A DNA stretch of 64,000 nucleotides. It comes from Ministeria vibrans ATCC 50519 (lineage: Eukaryota > Protista > Filasterea). Made by a program: the position numbers and the translations under genes. This document shows, in pieces, positions 61,503 to 64,000 of the stretch (the first letter of the stretch is position 1; each line of letters opens with the position of its first letter). Location of the stretch: assembly GCA_943704425.1 (NCBI GenBank), contig CALSCP010000692.1:10589-74588 (forward strand). The letters are read 5' to 3'. The notes below the pieces were generated by a model. It was not told the origin of the DNA, searched no databases, and worked only from the letters and a program-made list of their open reading frames with translations.

Positions 61503-63691
61503 TCAGGCGGTGTAGACCTGGCCCAGGAAGCGCACAATAAACTGGTCGACGACACCGGCGCCCTCGGGCAGCTGTGCGAGCATACCGTACATGGCAGCAG
61601 TGCCGGCGTGTGCGCGACGCTGGTCTGCGCGCACCGTCTCGACGGCCGTAGCAAGATCCTCGAGAAACTTATCGCAGACCTTTGCGTGAGGAGGCATCAC
61701 AGTCAAATGCAGACAATTGGGTCTCTGCTGGCGCTCCATGTGCCAGCCGTTCTCCTCGAGCGCATCGGCGACCGCAAGGATGTCGACCTGTGCGTCGTGC
61801 GACTCGAAGGCAATCAGTGTCATGTCGGGCTCGGCGACCAGACGCAGTCCAGGCACTTTGGTGATGCCTGCAACCAGACGCTTCACTGTGTCCATCACCT
61901 GTACAAATCACATGGTACGAGGAGTAAGAAAGTGAGCACAGTGTGATTGTGACTGTGTGTGCGTGTTTGTGTGTCATTGTGGCGTGTGTGTGTGCGTGTT
62001 TGTGTGTCATTGTGGCGTGTGTGTGTGCGTGTTTGTGTGTCATTGTGGCGTGTGTGTGTGCGTGTTTGTGTGTCATTGTGGTGTGCGTGTGTGTGCGTGT
62101 CTGTGCTGAGAAGTGCGTCCGTACCAGCTCGGCTGTCTTAAGATAGCCGTCTTCGCCCATGGCCAACATGGCTGCGTACGCGCCTGCAATGGGTCCTCCA
62201 CCCCGCGTGCCTAGCATCGACGGAGACCCAAACAGACCACCGGGCCAGTCCCCGTACGCAAAAAACTGGAACTGGCGGATTTCGGCACTGCGGTACAGCA
62301 CCACAGACGCTCCTTTGCTTGCAAACCCATACTGAACACACACGAGTGAGTCAGTCAAACAAAACAAAAAAAACAAAAAAGTCAATCAGCGTGTGGCGTG
62401 TACCTTGTGCATGTCGGCACTGATGCTGGTGACACCGTCGACGGCAAAGTCCCACAGAGGGACGTCGTAGCCGAGCTTCTTGACCCAGGGCAGCATGAAC
62501 CCGCCGATGCAGGCATCGACGTGCAAGGGGAGACTATGCTCACGCGCCAGAGCCGCCAGGTCAGGAATGGGGTCGACGACGCCATGTGGATAGGAAGGAG
62601 CACTGCCGCAGATGAGGATGGTGTTGGGGGTGATGGCGGCGCGGACAGCAGCGACGTCGACACGTTTTGAGGCGAGCACAGGGACATGGACAATGGTCAC
62701 GCCGAAATAGTGAGCTGCCTTCTCGAACGCAGGGTGGATGGTAATGGGCGCAATCACTTCGAGCGCCGCCTGTTGCAGATGCGGATACAGTGCACGTGCC
62801 CGGTCACGGTACGTCTATAATATTGTTGATCAGTACACGAGGGAGTTGACAAACGCACGCATATTACTTTGATGGCCATGAGAATCGATTCGGTGCCACC
62901 CGATGTCATCGTTCCAACGCAGTTATCATCGCCGTGGAGCATGTTGACACTCATGCGCACCACATCGAGTTCCATGCGACGCAGCGCAGGAAACGCCATT
63001 GGGTTGAGTGCGTTCTCGTGTACAAAAATCTGTGTTGCCTGCTCCATGAACCGACTGTACTCGTCGCTCTGTCCGTACATGTACGCCCACGCATGCCCTA
63101 CACACCCCACGGCACCATTGTCAACACCGCCACCACTCGATGATGGCTGTGCAGCCCCCACCCCGCCGCCCCCTTACCGCCGTGCCCGTCAACGTCGGCT
63201 TCGCGGAAACGACGCAGCTGCGCCAGAAGCTCCTCCTTGTCAACGCCCACCGCCGGAATCTCCGAAACACCCGCTACACACACAAACACAAACAGACAAA
63301 CGCCACGGAGGCGCACTCAGTCACACACCGCACACCATCCACCCTCCCCAGTCGTGTCGACCGTACTGCCCACAGTGTTGCCCTTGAAAAACTGCTCTAC
63401 GGCACTGCGCGCCTCCTGACCAGAAGAAAAAAAAAACGGAAATTGGGAAAAAACGCAAAGGAAACGCACAAGAATGCCGGTCGCAGGGCCACAGCATTGA
63501 CGTACCTTGTCAAGCTCTTCGCTGATCTTGGCGGCGGCGCCTGGAATGGACTGGACAGCCGCAAAGAGCACTTTGGTGATCGTCTTGCCAATGCCTCCGT
63601 TGCGGACGATTTGGCGCAGGCCCAGGATCAGAGCAGCCCCTGCAACGACGTGCTCGGCCACCATGGCCATGCCCACCCAGTTAACAGGCAT
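61503..63691 (-). CDS. SGPL1: Sphingosine-1-phosphate lyase (PLP-dependent)
   Basis: N-terminal TM helix, ENALNPMAFPALRRME, TSGGTESILMA, HPAFEKAAHYFG, HVDACIGGF, SISADMHK|YGFASKG (PLP lysine). Confidence 0.94.
61945..62100. repeat. Intronic tandem repeat, ~33 bp unit TGTGTGTGTGCGTGTTTGTGTGTCATTGTGGCG, about 4 copies
   Basis: Directly visible in an SGPL1 intron. Confidence 0.9.
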
Positions 63692-63850
63692 TTTTTAGAA
63701 AAGAGAAGAAAGAATTGTTTATGTTGAATCACTTTAATCAGTTTGTTTAAGTGGAATCGAGGTCTACATTAGGATTGTATCGCCCAGAGTGGGTAAAGTG
63801 GGAGATCGTGTCGTTCGTCAGTACAGAGAACAAGAGGAGCCTGTAGCGTG

Positions 63851-63909
63851 AGTCTACGGCGGCAGTATTGTGCTCCTCTTTGTTTAGTATCTCGTCTTGA
63901 TGTGACATT
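63851..63909 (-). repeat. Dispersed intergenic repeat, copy 4 (partial)
   Basis: CTACGGCGGCAGTATTGTGCTCCTCTTTGTTT...TGACATT matches copy 1 CTACGGCGGAAGTATAGTGCTGCTCTTTGTTT...TGACATT. Confidence 0.7.
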
Positions 63910-64000
63910 AACTTAGCGATCAAATGCCAAATGGATCAATGAATAAAAATGATCATTTCCAATCTTTTTTGACTTCTCCCCCCCCCTCCCCCCCCCCGCC

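Overview
Gene-dense, intron-containing eukaryotic DNA in the standard code, with GT-AG introns often filled by (CA)n, (GA)n or minisatellite tracts, very short intergenic spacers and three N-gaps. About 30 protein-coding genes are recognisable; all identifications are by eye, from motifs and recalled alignments. They include RIO2, a triple cNMP-binding protein, kynureninase, TMEM55, an SLC22/SVOP-like MFS carrier, complexin, CCDC93, SPT6, ADA3, an RCC1-repeat protein, peptide deformylase, SRP receptor alpha, NUBPL/Ind1, CENP-S, La, an SHLD2-like OB-fold protein, LRRC45, a PBZ-PBZ-SWIM DNA ligase, GH78, annexin, GH27, an NDNF-like protein, DUF1295, a UGT, a DDX60-like helicase, TIM29 and S1P lyase. 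Compact protist-like organisation together with animal-associated genes (complexin with CaaX, SHLD2, TIM29, NDNF-like) suggests a unicellular holozoan or another animal relative (inference). Highlights: (1) a compact shieldin-2-like protein; (2) a bacterial-type minimal ATP-dependent ligase fused to tandem PAR-binding zinc fingers, in the same ~9 kb as SHLD2 and CENP-S/MHF1; (3) a CaaX-bearing complexin; (4) SRPRA split in phase by a 20.7 kb multi-gene block whose two end genes are truncated, probably a misassembly; (5) a ~100 bp dispersed repeat upstream of four genes. No rRNA, tRNA, CRISPR array or autonomous transposon was recognised.
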